This document shows positions 1-12,780 of a stretch of 60,000 bases of DNA, piece after piece (within the stretch, counting starts at the first letter, position 1; each line of letters opens with the position of its first letter). This stretch comes from Camelus ferus (taxonomy: Eukaryota). A model generated the notes under the pieces. That model saw only the letters and a program-made list of their open reading frames with translations, was not told the DNA's origin and did no database searches. The DNA lies in the NCBI RefSeq assembly GCF_009834535.1, contig NC_045696.1:74278001-74338000 (forward strand), written 5' to 3'. A program made the position numbers and the translations under genes.

Positions 1-1590
1 TGATTTTAACAGTTTAAGCATATGTATAGACATATGTAGGTGTATGTGTTTTGTTTCTTTTGTATTAATCCTGCTTGGATTTCTCTGAGTTATTGGCTCT
101 GTGGATCTTTCATTATTTGGGGAGAGGAGATATTTAACTTTTGTCTCTGAATATTTCTTCCTCTCTTCTCCTTATGAAATTAAATTGCATGTATAGTAGA
201 GCTTTTGGTGCTGACCCACAGCATTTGACGCTGTGTTGTCTTAAGAATTTTTACATGATAATTTTCATTCTCCTATCTTCAAGTACACTGATTTTTTTTT
301 TCTTTTTGCTTAGTTGAGTCTACCTGTCAAAGGAATTCCTCATCTCTATGACTGAATTTTTATTTCCACCATGTCCATTTGACTCTTCTTGTTCCTGTTT
401 CTCTGCTGAAATTTCCCGTCTGTTCATGAATGTGGTCTACTTTTTACACTAGAGCCTTTAACATATTATCATATTTTATAATCCCTATCTAATAATTTCA
501 ACATCTGGGTCATTTCTATGTCTGAATTGGTAGATTGTCTTCTATCTTGACACTGTTTTTATTTTTATCTTGCTTTTTTGTGTGACATGATTTTTATTAT
601 TTGTATGAGAGTAGAAGCTAAGATAAATATTATTTATGCCTTGAAAGGCATATGATATGTATGTTTCTTTTGCCGCTAAATGATTACTATGAGTGGTTGA
701 GTCAAGAGTTGGTCTGGAGGGTTTCTTGTTGCTACTGTTAACTTCCATGCCTTACCAACTAAAAATTCCCCTAGCATTACCGAGTGCTTAGGTTGGGGGC
801 TAGCATGCAGATGAGTTTTTCTTAATAATTCTGCTCTGCTCTTACATTTTGTACCTTTGCTGTGTACCCGGGCCTTAGAGGGAGCCTCTCTGTAAGTCCT
901 TGCCATATCCCCAATGGTAGACAGCTGTTTCTTAGTACTTGGTTCTTGTCTACCTTATGCTTAGGAGAAGGAATGTTATCTTCTGTCTCAGTTTGGCGTG
1001 TCTTAAGCAGGCTTTGCATTCCTAGGTTTGTTAGCTGTGGCTTCTCCAGAGGTCTCGTCCCTTCTCCCCAGTGGCAGCCAAGGTCTGCCTTTTATCTTCA
1101 GGAGGTCTTGTATAATAGTGAGATTCCTGCTCCCTCCCTGACAGTAGAATAACTCTAATGGTTGCGGCCAAGGAAAATTTCCCCCTACTACTACCCAAGA
1201 TAGAGGGCTTTCTTTTTTTAGCTTTTACCCTTTCCCCAGGTGCAATAAATTGTCACCTGTGTCCTAGAGACAATAAGGTTTGCTTCCCTTCCATGAGAGA
1301 CTTAAGGCTTTTCTTCTTTGGGCATATAGGACCCAAACAGTTTGTACTTTCCCCACAGGGAGGCCACTCCCTCTCTCCAGGTCTGCGTTACCAACAGAAG
1401 CTTTCTTTGGTCTCCTTCTTAGTCTTTCTCATAAGTACCCCATGGACACATGTGAGAAGATCCTGTGAGCTGGTATAAAATCCACTTATACCTGTGGTTT
1501 TCAAGGCTTTTATAGTTTCACAAAAGCCCACAATTGGCTTTTAGCAGTATGTTAAAATTTTAGCTGAATTCTTCCTGCCTGCTTAAATAG
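1..1590 (-). mobile_element. Ancient L1 (L1M, ORF1/5'UTR portion), truncated by window start
   Basis: T-rich antisense L1 texture with motifs recalled from old L1M ORF1/5'UTR (e.g. 'ctctgctgaaatttccc', 'aatttcaacatctgggtcatttc', 'ttaaaattttagctgaattcttcc'); no intact ORF. Confidence 0.75.
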
Positions 1591-2569
1591 TACACACACG
1601 GCTTAATTTCCTAGCACAATTCATATCTCTTAGAGAAAAGTTACGAGTCAACCTTCTCTTTCTAATCAGTCCTGTAGTACCTGCATTCTATTTATAGAAT
1701 ATTGTGGATGTTTCTAGAATGTGAATGACACCATTCCTTATTTCCAGAACTGCTACAGGTGTGTCTCTGGTCTTCACTATTAACTGGATTATTTACATGG
1801 GAGTCTGTGGGGTGGGGGGATCTTATGTTATCTTCCCCCACTTAACATGGAGGGCCTCCGTATTCAATGGTACTAGTTACATTGGTTCACTGTGATTCAG
1901 TCCCAGACTCCTCTGGATAAAAACTCAAGACAAAGAGAAGGCAAGTAATAGAGACCTAAAATAATTTCCATTTCTTGTGGACATAGAAGGATGAAGAGAT
2001 AGAAATAAGAGATAAAGAAAGGCCCCCTTGAAAGGACAAAATTGGCACTTTACAAGGCCTCACTGGTTTATTCATCACAAACCCATGTTTTAAATGTAGC
2101 TTGTTTCTGAAAATAAAGCTCCATTCAAAGAGACTGAAAAAAATTCACATACTCTGGGGAGCCAGATGGTCTTTTATTCATAAAACTCTGTCACTTCAGG
2201 ATATTATAAAACTTTTAAACAAATAGAGGCCATAAAGTATACTGATTTCACCCTGAAAGTATTTTTAAAATGTCAATACATAAACTATCACTCACAGTAG
2301 TCAATGAATATGGATAAGTTGTTTTGACTTTAAATTGCTATAAAGAGGACATTGGTTGTTTTTACAGTTTAGAGTATTTTCCTCTTTAATGGCAAAGCAA
2401 AGGACAGATGACTGAAATGGGTTGACTACAATTAAGAAATAAAAAAAGAAAAGTGACAGATATATTTACTACCTTCAGGAATTTAACATTTTCTAGACAT
2501 TTGTCTGTGACATTTGATATGGTAATACTCACAAGTTCTCAGAGCTACAGGAGGGTGTTTTATTCTGGG

Positions 2570-2760
2570 GTTTTTTTGTTTGTTTGTTTGTTTGTTTTGC
2601 TATGAAAGAACTATCTGTTTCAAAAGCAGAGTGAAAACTATGCTAAGAAAGTAGAGAATGAAGAGAGGGAGAAGAGAGGGAGAGAGGCAAAAAGAAAGGA
2701 AGGAAAGAAAGAAGAGGAAAGGAGGAGACAGGAACAGACAAGACAAATAAATAAGGAAGC
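2570..2760. repeat. (TTTG)n microsatellite followed by GA-rich low-complexity tract
   Basis: Directly visible; explains the Phe/Leu-rich ORF 2600-2782. Confidence 0.85.
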
Positions 2761-3379
2761 AGTGCAGGTATTTTCCAAACAATCTTAGCCCATGTCTTAC
2801 GACAACTTTATTTTCCCATTACAAAGAGGTTGCTCCAAAAGTAAGCATCTACAAAATGTTAGTTTATTAAATGTGGCTGTTGCCTTTGTAAATAGAGCTG
2901 GTGTACAATAGAAGTCTAAATTCTTACGCAGTGATGGAAATGGCTTAAATGGAACAGCATAAACTGACATGTATGATGGTATGCCTGACCGTCATAACTT
3001 ACAATCTTCGTGTGATCAAAATCTTGGTTTCAGGGCCTTGAATTTTAAATTTTCACATAGAAATTTATAGTAATACACACATTTTCATTTCTAATTTGAT
3101 TGTTGGTTAAGTCTGTCATTTGTGGCTTCTGTGAATAAACTCAATTTTCATCTCAAGGAATAGAGTGTTTTTTATTAAATGTAAAATATGAAAGCTGGAT
3201 ATAGAGGCCTCTAAATGAAGATTCCTTGGAATGAATGACAAAGGAGGGGAACAGATAAGTTATTTTTCAGGCTGTTTTCTCTGCTTAACTTCTGGTGCTC
3301 CAGCATCAGTCTCTCCTTGCTTTCTAGATTTTCCACATCTTGGAGACCAAGTATCAGTCAGTGCAATATGGGGGGTGTT

Positions 3380-4024
3380 AACTCATCTCTTTAGTTCATA
3401 GCTCTTCAGCTTGAGAGGAATTGTACTCAAGGAGCTGGAATCAAAGAACCACACCTTAAAAGCCTTATCTCTACCTAGATCTGATATAGGTTATGAGATC
3501 CTAGACATTGAGCCTGAGCCTAATGTCATAGTGGAATGAGACTTTTTTGGATCTTGGGAGGGGCAAGTGTATTTTTGCATGTGGAGGAAGTATACATAAT
3601 TTGAGAAGAGTGTAGACTGTGATAAAGATGAAGGTAAATTCTTTGACACTCCAATTGAGAGTGGAGGTAGAGGGGTGTCTGTAGGTACTTCCCTTGAATC
3701 TGGGCTAGCTTGTGACTGCTTCCACCAGCATAGTGTGGTAATAGTGATGCTATGTCACCTGCAGGCTTCTTAGACTTTATGACACCCAGCATTTCCTCTT
3801 CCTTCCTTCCTTTCCCTGATTATCCTGAGGGAACCATGAGATGAGGAAGTCCACACTAGCCATGTGGAGAAGCTGTATCAAAAGCAAAAGAGAGATGCTT
3901 GGACAACCACCAGTAATTTCAGTTCCCTGCCACACGGAATCATGGTGTATAATATTTTTAATTTGCTGGTTAAATCCATTAAATTTGGGGGTAGTTTGTT
4001 ATGTAGTAATAGATAATTGGAACA
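3380..4024 (+). mobile_element. MaLR element: 3' end of internal region plus MLT1-type LTR (about 3618-4024)
   Basis: Internal end 'gtgtatttttgcatgtggagg...gtagac', then TG start; LTR motifs 'cccttgaatctgggct', 'aaatttgggggtagtttgttatgtagtaatagataattggaaca'. Confidence 0.75.
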
Positions 4025-4049
4025 CTAGAAGAAAGCATCTTTTTTTCTT

Positions 4050-4230
4050 CTATGTTGTGCCTTCTTTCTGCCTGGACACAAGACTTGAAGATCTAAGAAA
4101 ACTTTTGAGATTGTGAGACCAAAAAAACAAATGAACAAATAGCTACATATTAAAGATGTCAGAGTGGAAAGACAGAAGGCACTTGGGTCCTTCCTGATAC
4201 TGATTAGTTGGTGAAATACTTAAAACTTAG
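4050..4230 (+). mobile_element. Older MLT1 (J/K-like) LTR fragment
   Basis: 'aaagatgtcagagtggaaagacagaaggcacttgggtcctt' resembles MLT1J/K. Confidence 0.5.
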
Positions 4231-6164
4231 CACCCACAGTTGCATCTACAATATTCTCTTTTTAAAATGAGTTTTGGGAATTATCATCTACTTCTGCCTT
4301 TAAAAAATATGAGTAAAATAACTGTAAACCAATGAGAAATAAGGTTAAAGCACTAAGGTGCCTATATTTGGTGCAATTTCTATCTCAAGTCTTCTAAGTG
4401 GAAATATTGGAAGAAGTAAAACTACCCCTTTGGAAATACTGCATCAGGCAAAAGCTGAGTTGCCAAATATGGAGTTAATGATAAATTAACTAAGTGATAA
4501 AGTGAAATAAAGAAGCAAATCAAAAATTATGGTTCCTCAACCAATAAAACCTAGCAAATATCTAATGAATCCTGATGGCTAACGTGATGGAGTAACCATT
4601 GTGACTTCCTTAATTTCTCCAGTACAGTCTCTGAATATTTGTACTTTTAGGAAATATTTTATGGAAAGTATCTACATGCCCTTTTCCATGGAGTAAAATC
4701 AACTGTAGAATGTACATTTAATAATAGACTGCAATAGACCCTCTAAGAACACTTTTTGTTACACAACTTAATGTTTATTTGGACCCATTCACCCGTATGG
4801 TAAGCTGAAGATGTTCTACTTAGTTCAGAGAAATTCCTACTTATAGATTCACAGAAATTGCCTTTACAAAGATAGCCCATTTCTGTTAAGTGATATCTTA
4901 AGACCTGGTGATTTAATTCAGAACCCAAGTCTGCATCACAGTATCATAGTTAGAATATTTGTTTCTTATGATGACAAGTTCTGCTAATGTTTATGCCAAC
5001 TGGAAAAGGGGACTTAGGTGAGAGGAGGGAGGAAACCCTATTTCATGTTTTCCAGGACTAAAAGATGAGTACTGAATAGGACACTTTCAAGATAATTATC
5101 TTTTTTCATTAGTTTAAAGTGACTTTTTGAGAGATTATCTTTAGAAATAACAGTTGGTAAAAGGCACAGTAATTTGCACATATTTGACTTGCACTGTGTA
5201 AGATTTTTCCTTTTGGAAGAAAGTCTTTTATATATGAAAAGCCAGGCAAAAAAGTACTGAAAATATAAGAGTTTTTTTTGTTGATTCTTCCTTATTTTAC
5301 TGGGTTGAAAGACTTTACTTAGCCACATTATTCATCAAGTAAGTGATTTTTTTTTAATGGTATATCAGTTTCAGTAAATGGGCTTCAAGAATAGTCTTTT
5401 TATGGAGCAAAAACACCTTTGTGCCAGCCCCATTTGAATTTAATTGTGTCATTACAGTACACAATTACAGGAACCCAAAAGTAACAAAACACCCTATAGA
5501 AACCCCAAAGGAAAAAAAAAAAAAAAACACCACCAAAATTAAACTACTATTTCTGGATAACTCATTTACATAAGACAGTTAAGGGAAAAATAGATAGCTT
5601 TTGCTCCTTTATATAGGTCTAAAAGCCTTCAAATTGTTTAAAAAGTAAAAAAAATTTTTTAAAACAAAAAAGAGAATCCATATTATTGATCACCTACTTT
5701 GTGCATTGTCTGTTATCAGTGGTGAAGTTGGAAAAATAAAGGAAAGCATTCTTGATCTTGAGAGCTACCAGTTTACTGCCAGTTCAGATGCAGTTTGCTC
5801 TTGCTTTCTCTGGATAAGATCTAACAACAGCAAACAGTTATTTACAGTCTTCTGCTTCATGTTCCTATCAAATCTCTAATCAAGAACAAAGAAAATAATA
5901 AAGGCTTCTGGGAATGAAAATTTTCAAACCTTCAGACTATTGCCCAGTGTCAACTCCTCCCCATCTTCAAGGGGTCTTCAAGGGCAGCTTTCTCTGGGGC
6001 ATGGGAGGAGATAGGAGATTGGGCCCCTGTCTCCCCTGAGCCAGCCTTCATCTGAGTCTCTGCAGCTCTTGGATCATGTGTAACTGGCTGTTCTCTCGGG
6101 ATGAACTTCTGCTATTGTCACTCAAGCTTAAGTAGAAAAAGTATTTCAAATAGGACTGAAACTC

Positions 6165-6275
6165 CCTCCCCATCCCCTAACTCAGGATCTCTAGAGGGGG
6201 CTCTCAGCAGGGTGTTTTTTAAAAATTGCTCAGGTGTTTCCAGCGTGCACCCAGGGTTATGAAACGCTGTCTATA
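6165..6275. mobile_element. MER5-type hAT-Charlie DNA transposon fragment
   Basis: 'tttaaaaattgctcaggtgtttccagcgtgcacccagggttatgaaacgctg' resembles the MER5A terminus. Confidence 0.55.
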
Positions 6276-8124
6276 AGAACTCCACAGTGGGTGGGTCAGA
6301 GTGTGCATGTGAGGGAGGAGGATGAAAAAACAGTCCAGGTGAACTTTGGCATTCTAGGCCTGGCACAAGGATCCTGAATGGGGTTGATAACTTAGGATTT
6401 GGTCTCTGAAATCTGCTCACCAGTATTTGGTGCAATATGTTCCCTCTGCCCCTTTATTCTACCTGTAGTACTGCTCTTCATGGTAAAATTTTCACCCAGA
6501 ATAATCACTCGAAAGTGCAGACATACACACATGATCCTCAAGGACTAATAATTTTCATAAGTAGAACAATTTAAGTTTACATTTAAGAAGAGAAACAGTT
6601 TTCCCAAATTCAACAAAATCTGCAGAAATTGTTCTGCCCCAAAGGGAGAGATCAATATACATTATTATGCAGAGTTGCATAGATACTTTAAAGAAAATAA
6701 GGAATGAGACATATTGCAGAATCCTGCCAGACAACAAAACCATCATGATGACCACTCTGAGTCACACACAAACTGAAGCTGTAAAAGCAAAGCGTTTTGT
6801 TTCATTGAGGCCAGCCGTACCCTCTCTAGTCTCTGTAGTGTAAAGGAAGACTTAACAGCGTTTATAATTTCTCTGTCCATTACCCCTCAGGGCTGGAGGT
6901 GAAGTGGGTGCTGCTACCCGAGTCACATTACTACATTTGCACTTTCTACTACAGGTTGTGGACAATCTCAGACCAATGTCAGATATCCACAAAGTGGTTT
7001 AATAGGGAGGGTGAGAGGATATAGCTTCTGCTTGTGTTGGGATCCGAATCTTGTTAGAGGTACCCTTGATTCCCATGGCCTGCAGCAAGGAAGTACGCTG
7101 TAGTCTAGTGCCTTTAACAAGAGAATCCACACAATATAGTGTCATGGGTTAATTTACATAAAGCTTTTTGAAGAGTTCATTTGCAGAGATTGACTAAAAT
7201 TAGCGCAAGTCTAGGGAGTTCACCTATAGCTTAAGAGAACAAAGAAGATTCCTTATAGCAATATACTGTGCAAGATTTATGGTTATTATAAACCTCACAA
7301 TTAAATGTTTCTTCCTCAGAGATTTTTTTTTAACTTTGCAGTTAAAACAGTTGAATACCACAGAGATATTCCTGTTCTTCTTCCTTTGGATATGGAAAAA
7401 ATAGAAACTGTGATCATGATAACCAGAAACAAAATGAATAGTTTTAAAATTATATAAAACATTTGCCACATTCATCTAAGCTCCATCTATCTCTAAATTC
7501 ATTGTGCTTTTATGGTTCCTGGAATATTAATAGTCATTATCCTTCTCTTACTTATCTTACTACAAAAGGCAGTAAACAGCAGAGCTCTGGAATTGTCGAA
7601 GAAGTGTTTGTTTGTTTGTTTGTTTGTTTTTCTTTGTCAACAGGATTATTTTCTCCAAGGGTTTCTCATCAAATGCCATTATGACCTATAAGTTATTTTA
7701 ACTTTAACACAAATAATTCCAGTTTTGAGGCTTATAATTTTGACTCCAAAACAGAAAATTATTGAATAGCAGCCAGGTAAAAGCAAAGTGTATAAAGCAG
7801 CTAGTGGCAAACATGAAACATTCCTTGAGTGGGAATTTTAAAGTGTCTCCTGAACAAGCGCCTTTTGGACAATTTTGGTGTCATTTTGTAACAAAATAGG
7901 GAAAACAAAGTTAAACAATTTCTTCACTGAAGAAATTCCCAAAGTTTTTCATGTGGTAATATGTGTTATGAATCTTTCAGAGAAAAACATACTACACAGC
8001 CATTCTCAAACTGACTTGATTTAAAATACCATTTTTTTTTGTTTTTTTGTTTTTTTTTTCTTAGAGAATCTTCCTTGACTAGTTTTCTGGATGGGAAACA
8101 AGCTAGACAAATCATGGGTCACCT

Positions 8125-8280
8125 TGCTGTTCAAATGAGGTCCATGGACCAGCAGCATGGGCATCACCTACTAGATTTGAAAGACTGAATTTCAGACACC
8201 CCTCAGACTTACTGCATCAGCATCGGCAAGGTTCCCGAGGTGATACTTTGCATATTCAGATTTGAGAAAATTTGGATTAG
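8125..8280. mobile_element. MER5-type (MER5A/B) hAT-Charlie element
   Basis: 'tcaaatgaggtccatggaccagcagcatgggcatcacct...aggtgatactttgcatattcagatttgagaa'. Confidence 0.7.
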
Positions 8281-8358
8281 AAGATAATTTTGAGTCCAAG
8301 GTGACAAACATTTATGTTTAGATAAGCATATTGCACAATCATCTTTCTGCAGTGTAAG

Positions 8359-8883
8359 CCAAGGGAATCGGAATATGCCGCCCTCAAATATGCCTCTTTG
8401 ACATACGGATTATTTTGAGCTGAAGGCAATTGAGAATCAACAGATATGGAAGGAGTTCTCTTCTCTCTTCTTATCTGCCTGAAAGCAGGGTATACATTTG
8501 CCTTTGAGGAAGGTACTAGGGAGAGGAGAGATGCTCTTGTCTTCTATGATGGGGAGTTAACACCATAATGAGTTTGCATAAACAGACCTTAATAAAATAG
8601 TCCTTATCTTCCATTAGTTCTTTCATATGTTTCTCAGTCACTTGCCCTCTATTTATTTTCTCTGGAAGCCCAAACTCTCTTTCTTTTGTTAAAAGGGTAT
8701 ATAAGCCCTGAGTCTAACTGCTTCTCTGAGTTTTACATCTTTTCTGGGAACTCCTATGCATATAAAGATTAATAAAAATTGTATGCTTTTTTTCCCTGTT
8801 AACCTGCCTTTTGTTAGTATAATTTACAGGCCCCCCATTCAATGTACGTAAGAGAGCAGGCGGAAAGTTTTTCCTCTCTGACA
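8359..8883 (+). mobile_element. Solo ERV1 LTR, MER34-like, inserted in an L2 remnant
   Basis: Start 'aagggaatcggaatatgccgccctcaaatatgcc', AATAAA near 8771, ends CA; 4-bp TSD taag at 8355-8358 and 8884-8887. Confidence 0.8.
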
Positions 8884-8990
8884 TAAGCTTCATGAAGGCA
8901 GGAAGGTTTTTCTCACAGATGTATTCCACGCATTCAAAACAGTGTCTGTGGAGCATCATAGGTATTCAATAAATATCTGTGGATGTAGTG
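8884..8990 (+). mobile_element. L2 3' end fragment
   Basis: 'taagcttcatgaaggcagg...cataggtattcaataaatatctgtggatg'. Confidence 0.65.
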
Positions 8991-10169
8991 ACTTATTATC
9001 CAGTACAATGCTTTAATTATCCATTTTATGCTCTCAATATTATTTAATCTTAATGAAATATTATCTAGATTTGATGTTTCAAGGGGTGGATCATGAGCTT
9101 AGGGAGAAGAAATGGTAATGTTCCTGAGAGGCATCACTACAGAGTAACCTTCAGCCTCCCAGATAAACTAAATTCATTGCATATATTATGGAAGATACTT
9201 TTTTTAATTGGCTATAGGAAATAATAATAAATACTCTACAGGCATAGAAGTAGGATTTTCTGCAAGGGGTTTAGCTTTAGAATACTTAAATTGACTGTAT
9301 TTCAGCAACTTCCCTGAATTCTCCAAGATCAATTTTACTTTCCTCTGTGAGGTTGTCTTTCTTCAGTGGTTTCTCTGGTGTGTGATCTTCACTCTGGGCC
9401 TCTCTATTCCTCCCTTCTTTAATTCTCAGTCACATTCCTGTAGATTATAAACCTTAAACTGCCGCATGGTTTCTAACCGTAATTTGATTTGCAATTTAGC
9501 TCCTGATGATCTTCATAAATTGAGATAACAGATTTAACTCCTATCAAAAGTAGTTGTGACAGCCCTGTGGTCTACTTGGAAATCTGTATAGATAACATTT
9601 CAAGGGAGATAACCCTGTTGGTTTTGACTGGATATTTATATAAACTTTTTAAAGAGATGAGTGATAGAGCTAACCCTTATCTGTAAGTTTTGAATTTAGA
9701 TTGTTTTTTCCCATGTACAAAACTGTTTTTTACTATGAAGTTTTTTGTTTGTTTTTTGTGTTGGAGGGGTATAAAGGAAAGCAGAGAATGTTTTATCGTG
9801 ATTTTTGCTTCAGCAACTTTGGGACAAATTAAAGGTGCTAAACTCTGGGGGGGGGAAAAAGTAATTGTGGAACAACTTTGATGTGGAATTATGAAGTATG
9901 AGCACATTTCCTGATTCAATAATCTGGAGCTTTCATATAAAAAATACTATAATAGCATAATTCAAAATAAATGTGTAGTTAATGGAATCAAGGGTATGTT
10001 TATGTGATGACAAATATAGTATTGCTTATATAGGGTCTGAAGACATACTGAAGAATGTTCTTCCTTCCACCAACACCACATAATAGTCCTTTCATAATAT
10101 TAATAAAGTCTCAAACTCGGTCACTAGCAACCCCTTAAGAAACCAGTTCTTCACCTCTAGTCTTACCTT

Positions 10170-10600
10170 CCCTTCCAGTATCTGTCTTCTCCAGCTCCTC
10201 CCTCCATACTCTATATTCTAACCTTCTGGACTGTTTGACATTTCTCAGAAACATTTCATTCCTGTAGACCTTTGCTCAAGCCATTTCCTGGAATATCCAG
10301 CCCACTCTTCCTTCTGCTCATTTCTCTGCCTATGTTCCTATAAAGTGAATTCACTTAAAGTATAAACCCTTCAGAGCATAGCTTAACTGTTAGCTCTAGG
10401 AAGACTTCTCTAACGTCTCTAGATGAGCCTCACTGTGCTAGGTGGTTGTCTCTCTTCCAGATAAATCACTTTATGTCTATTTGGAAATGTGTTGGATCCG
10501 TATCTCACTACGTATACCCAATTAGGTCTTGCTAGATTATGAGCTGCTCAGGGATGGATGTCACGTTTTTCATCTATGTGTTCCTAGTCCCTAGCATCAC
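10170..10600 (+). mobile_element. L2 fragment
   Basis: Pyrimidine-rich L2 body; 'ctagattatgagctgctcagggatgg...tgttcctagtccctagca'. Confidence 0.6.
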
Positions 10601-10944
10601 ACATTCAATTTCTCACCCAGTGATGATGCTGATTTATTCATTAAGCATTTTAAGGAACTCAAAAAATGAAAGATCAGCAAATGCATAATTTGACCCAAAG
10701 AGGATTTAAGTAGTGCAGCTTTTCTAAGCAAGGCATATCCAAATCTAATTTAGTATATCATTCCTTTTTCACTCAGTCTTGAAATGCGTAATGTAATTAT
10801 TATTATAACAATAACCACAATTTATCAAGCATCCACCATGAAGCAAGCACTGTGCTAGGTACTTTGATACAGGGAGATAGATTTCTTTTTTGAAATAGAC
10901 TTTCTCAGTTTCCAAAGAAATTAAAATACCACTGCTTGGTGATG

Positions 10945-11350
10945 TGTCTTTCAAGAAATTGGTCCATTTCATCTAAGTTTTTGAATTTATGGGCTTAAAT
11001 ATTCCTACTCGAGCAGTTATTTGTACACTCATGTTTATACAGCTTAGTCAAAACTGAAGTAAGCAAGACACAAAAGAACAAATATTGTATGATTCCACTG
11101 ATAAGAGGTACCAGAGCAGTCAAATTAATAAAGAAAGTAGAATGGTTGTTTCCAGGGTCTGGAAGAAGAAGGTGATGGACAGTTATTATTTAATGGGTTT
11201 AGGGTTTCAGTTTGGGAAGAAGAAGAAAAAGTTCTGGAGATTGATGGTAGTGATGATTGCACAATGTGAATGTATGTAATGCCACTGAAGTGTACATGTG
11301 AATAATGTTAAAATGGTAACTTTTATGCATATTTTACCACAATAAAAAAT
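10945..11350 (+). mobile_element. L1MB-like 3' end preceded by a short inverted L1 ORF2 piece (about 10945-11005)
   Basis: Sense 3'UTR 'aaagaacaaatattgtatgattccact...gttctggagattgatggtagtgatgattgcacaat...ttttaccacaataaaaaa'; upstream antisense 'aagaaattggtccatttcatctaagtt'. Confidence 0.8.
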
Positions 11351-11449
11351 TCCTTATGTATTAAAATATAACAAACTAAAACAAAAATGCAGTAAGAAAA
11401 CAGGAACTATTTTAAAGTTTGAACCATAAAGACACAATAAATAAAATTA

Positions 11450-12780
11450 AAAGATAATAGAAAAGGAATTTGATGTATAATATACAAAGAATTCCTTCTA
11501 AACAATAAGAGAAAGCAAATAAAGCAAATAGAAAATGAACAAATGACCTGAATAGATAATTCAGAACACACATCTCAAAACAGAAGAACATATCCAAAAG
11601 TAATTCCATATTGATTAAGTTTTAAACACAACAAACTATAAAATATTAGCAAAAGATAAAACACATTTTAGAAATAAGATACCAAATCCAGAAGCTGTGA
11701 AGGAAAACATCAATAAATTTGACTATCCAAAGATTTTAAACTCATACTACAAAGGCACCATAAAAAAGTAAAATGGCCATTAAAAAAGGCCTGCGATATT
11801 ATTGCTATTAACACAGTACATTATATGGGAGGTGTTTCATAGATAGTAGTTAATGGATTAGAATTAAAATTTGCCTGAACTTCACCTTCCAGAAACCACC
11901 AGAAGTGTTATTAACCCAAAGACATCAGTGATGAGCCATTCAGCATCTCATTTAATTTTTTCCTTTTACACTTAAACTTATAAAACTTGCTTTTTGACAA
12001 AAGATGTTGAGACTAGGAAAATATAAAAACAATAGGAAATGTCTCAGTATTTTTCATATAGACAGTCCTTTTAATATGTGCATAATATTATTTTAAGATA
12101 TCTACTAATAAAAGGACCCAACTCAAAAAAAGTAAAAAGATGATGACAGAAAATGAATATTATATAAATTATATAAAGAACACCTACCAATTAAAAAGAA
12201 AAGAAAAGCAAATCAAATCAAAGATAGGAAAAATTTGAACAAAGAATTCACAGAAGTAATGCAGATGATTAACATGAAGAGAGTTATCTTTCAAAAAAAC
12301 CAAGGAAATGCATTTAAAACTATTAAGGGAATAATTTTTATCTATTATGACAGTAAAAATTTTAAAGATAAGTGATATCCTGAGTTGGCAAGTTCCTCAT
12401 CACTGGGCAGGAAATATAAATTGATATGGAATTTTTGAAGGGCAATATTTAGATTTGATCAGTATTTAAAATTTGCATATCTTATGACCCAACAATTATT
12501 TCTGGGCATTTGTTTGATATATGTAAAAAGATGCTTACTACAATATTATTGTAACAATAAACTTTTAAAAACCAAACATTATCATCAAAGAGAAATTCTT
12601 AAATTATCAGTTGTTCATACCATGGAATACTATGTAACAGTTAAAAATGATAAGTTAGATATATGTCTATGTACAGTCATGGAAATCTCATAGATACATT
12701 ACTATGTTAAAAAATGCAGAAAAATATTTTTAGAATGATCCCATTTCTATGAAATGTAAGAAATTTCAAACAAACCATAG
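11450..12780 (+). mobile_element. Degraded old L1 (L1MC/ME-like) ORF2-end and 3'UTR fragments
   Basis: A-rich sense L1 motifs 'gaacaaatgacctgaataga', 'tatgacccaacaatt', 'catggaatactatgtaacagttaaaaatga'. Confidence 0.65.
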
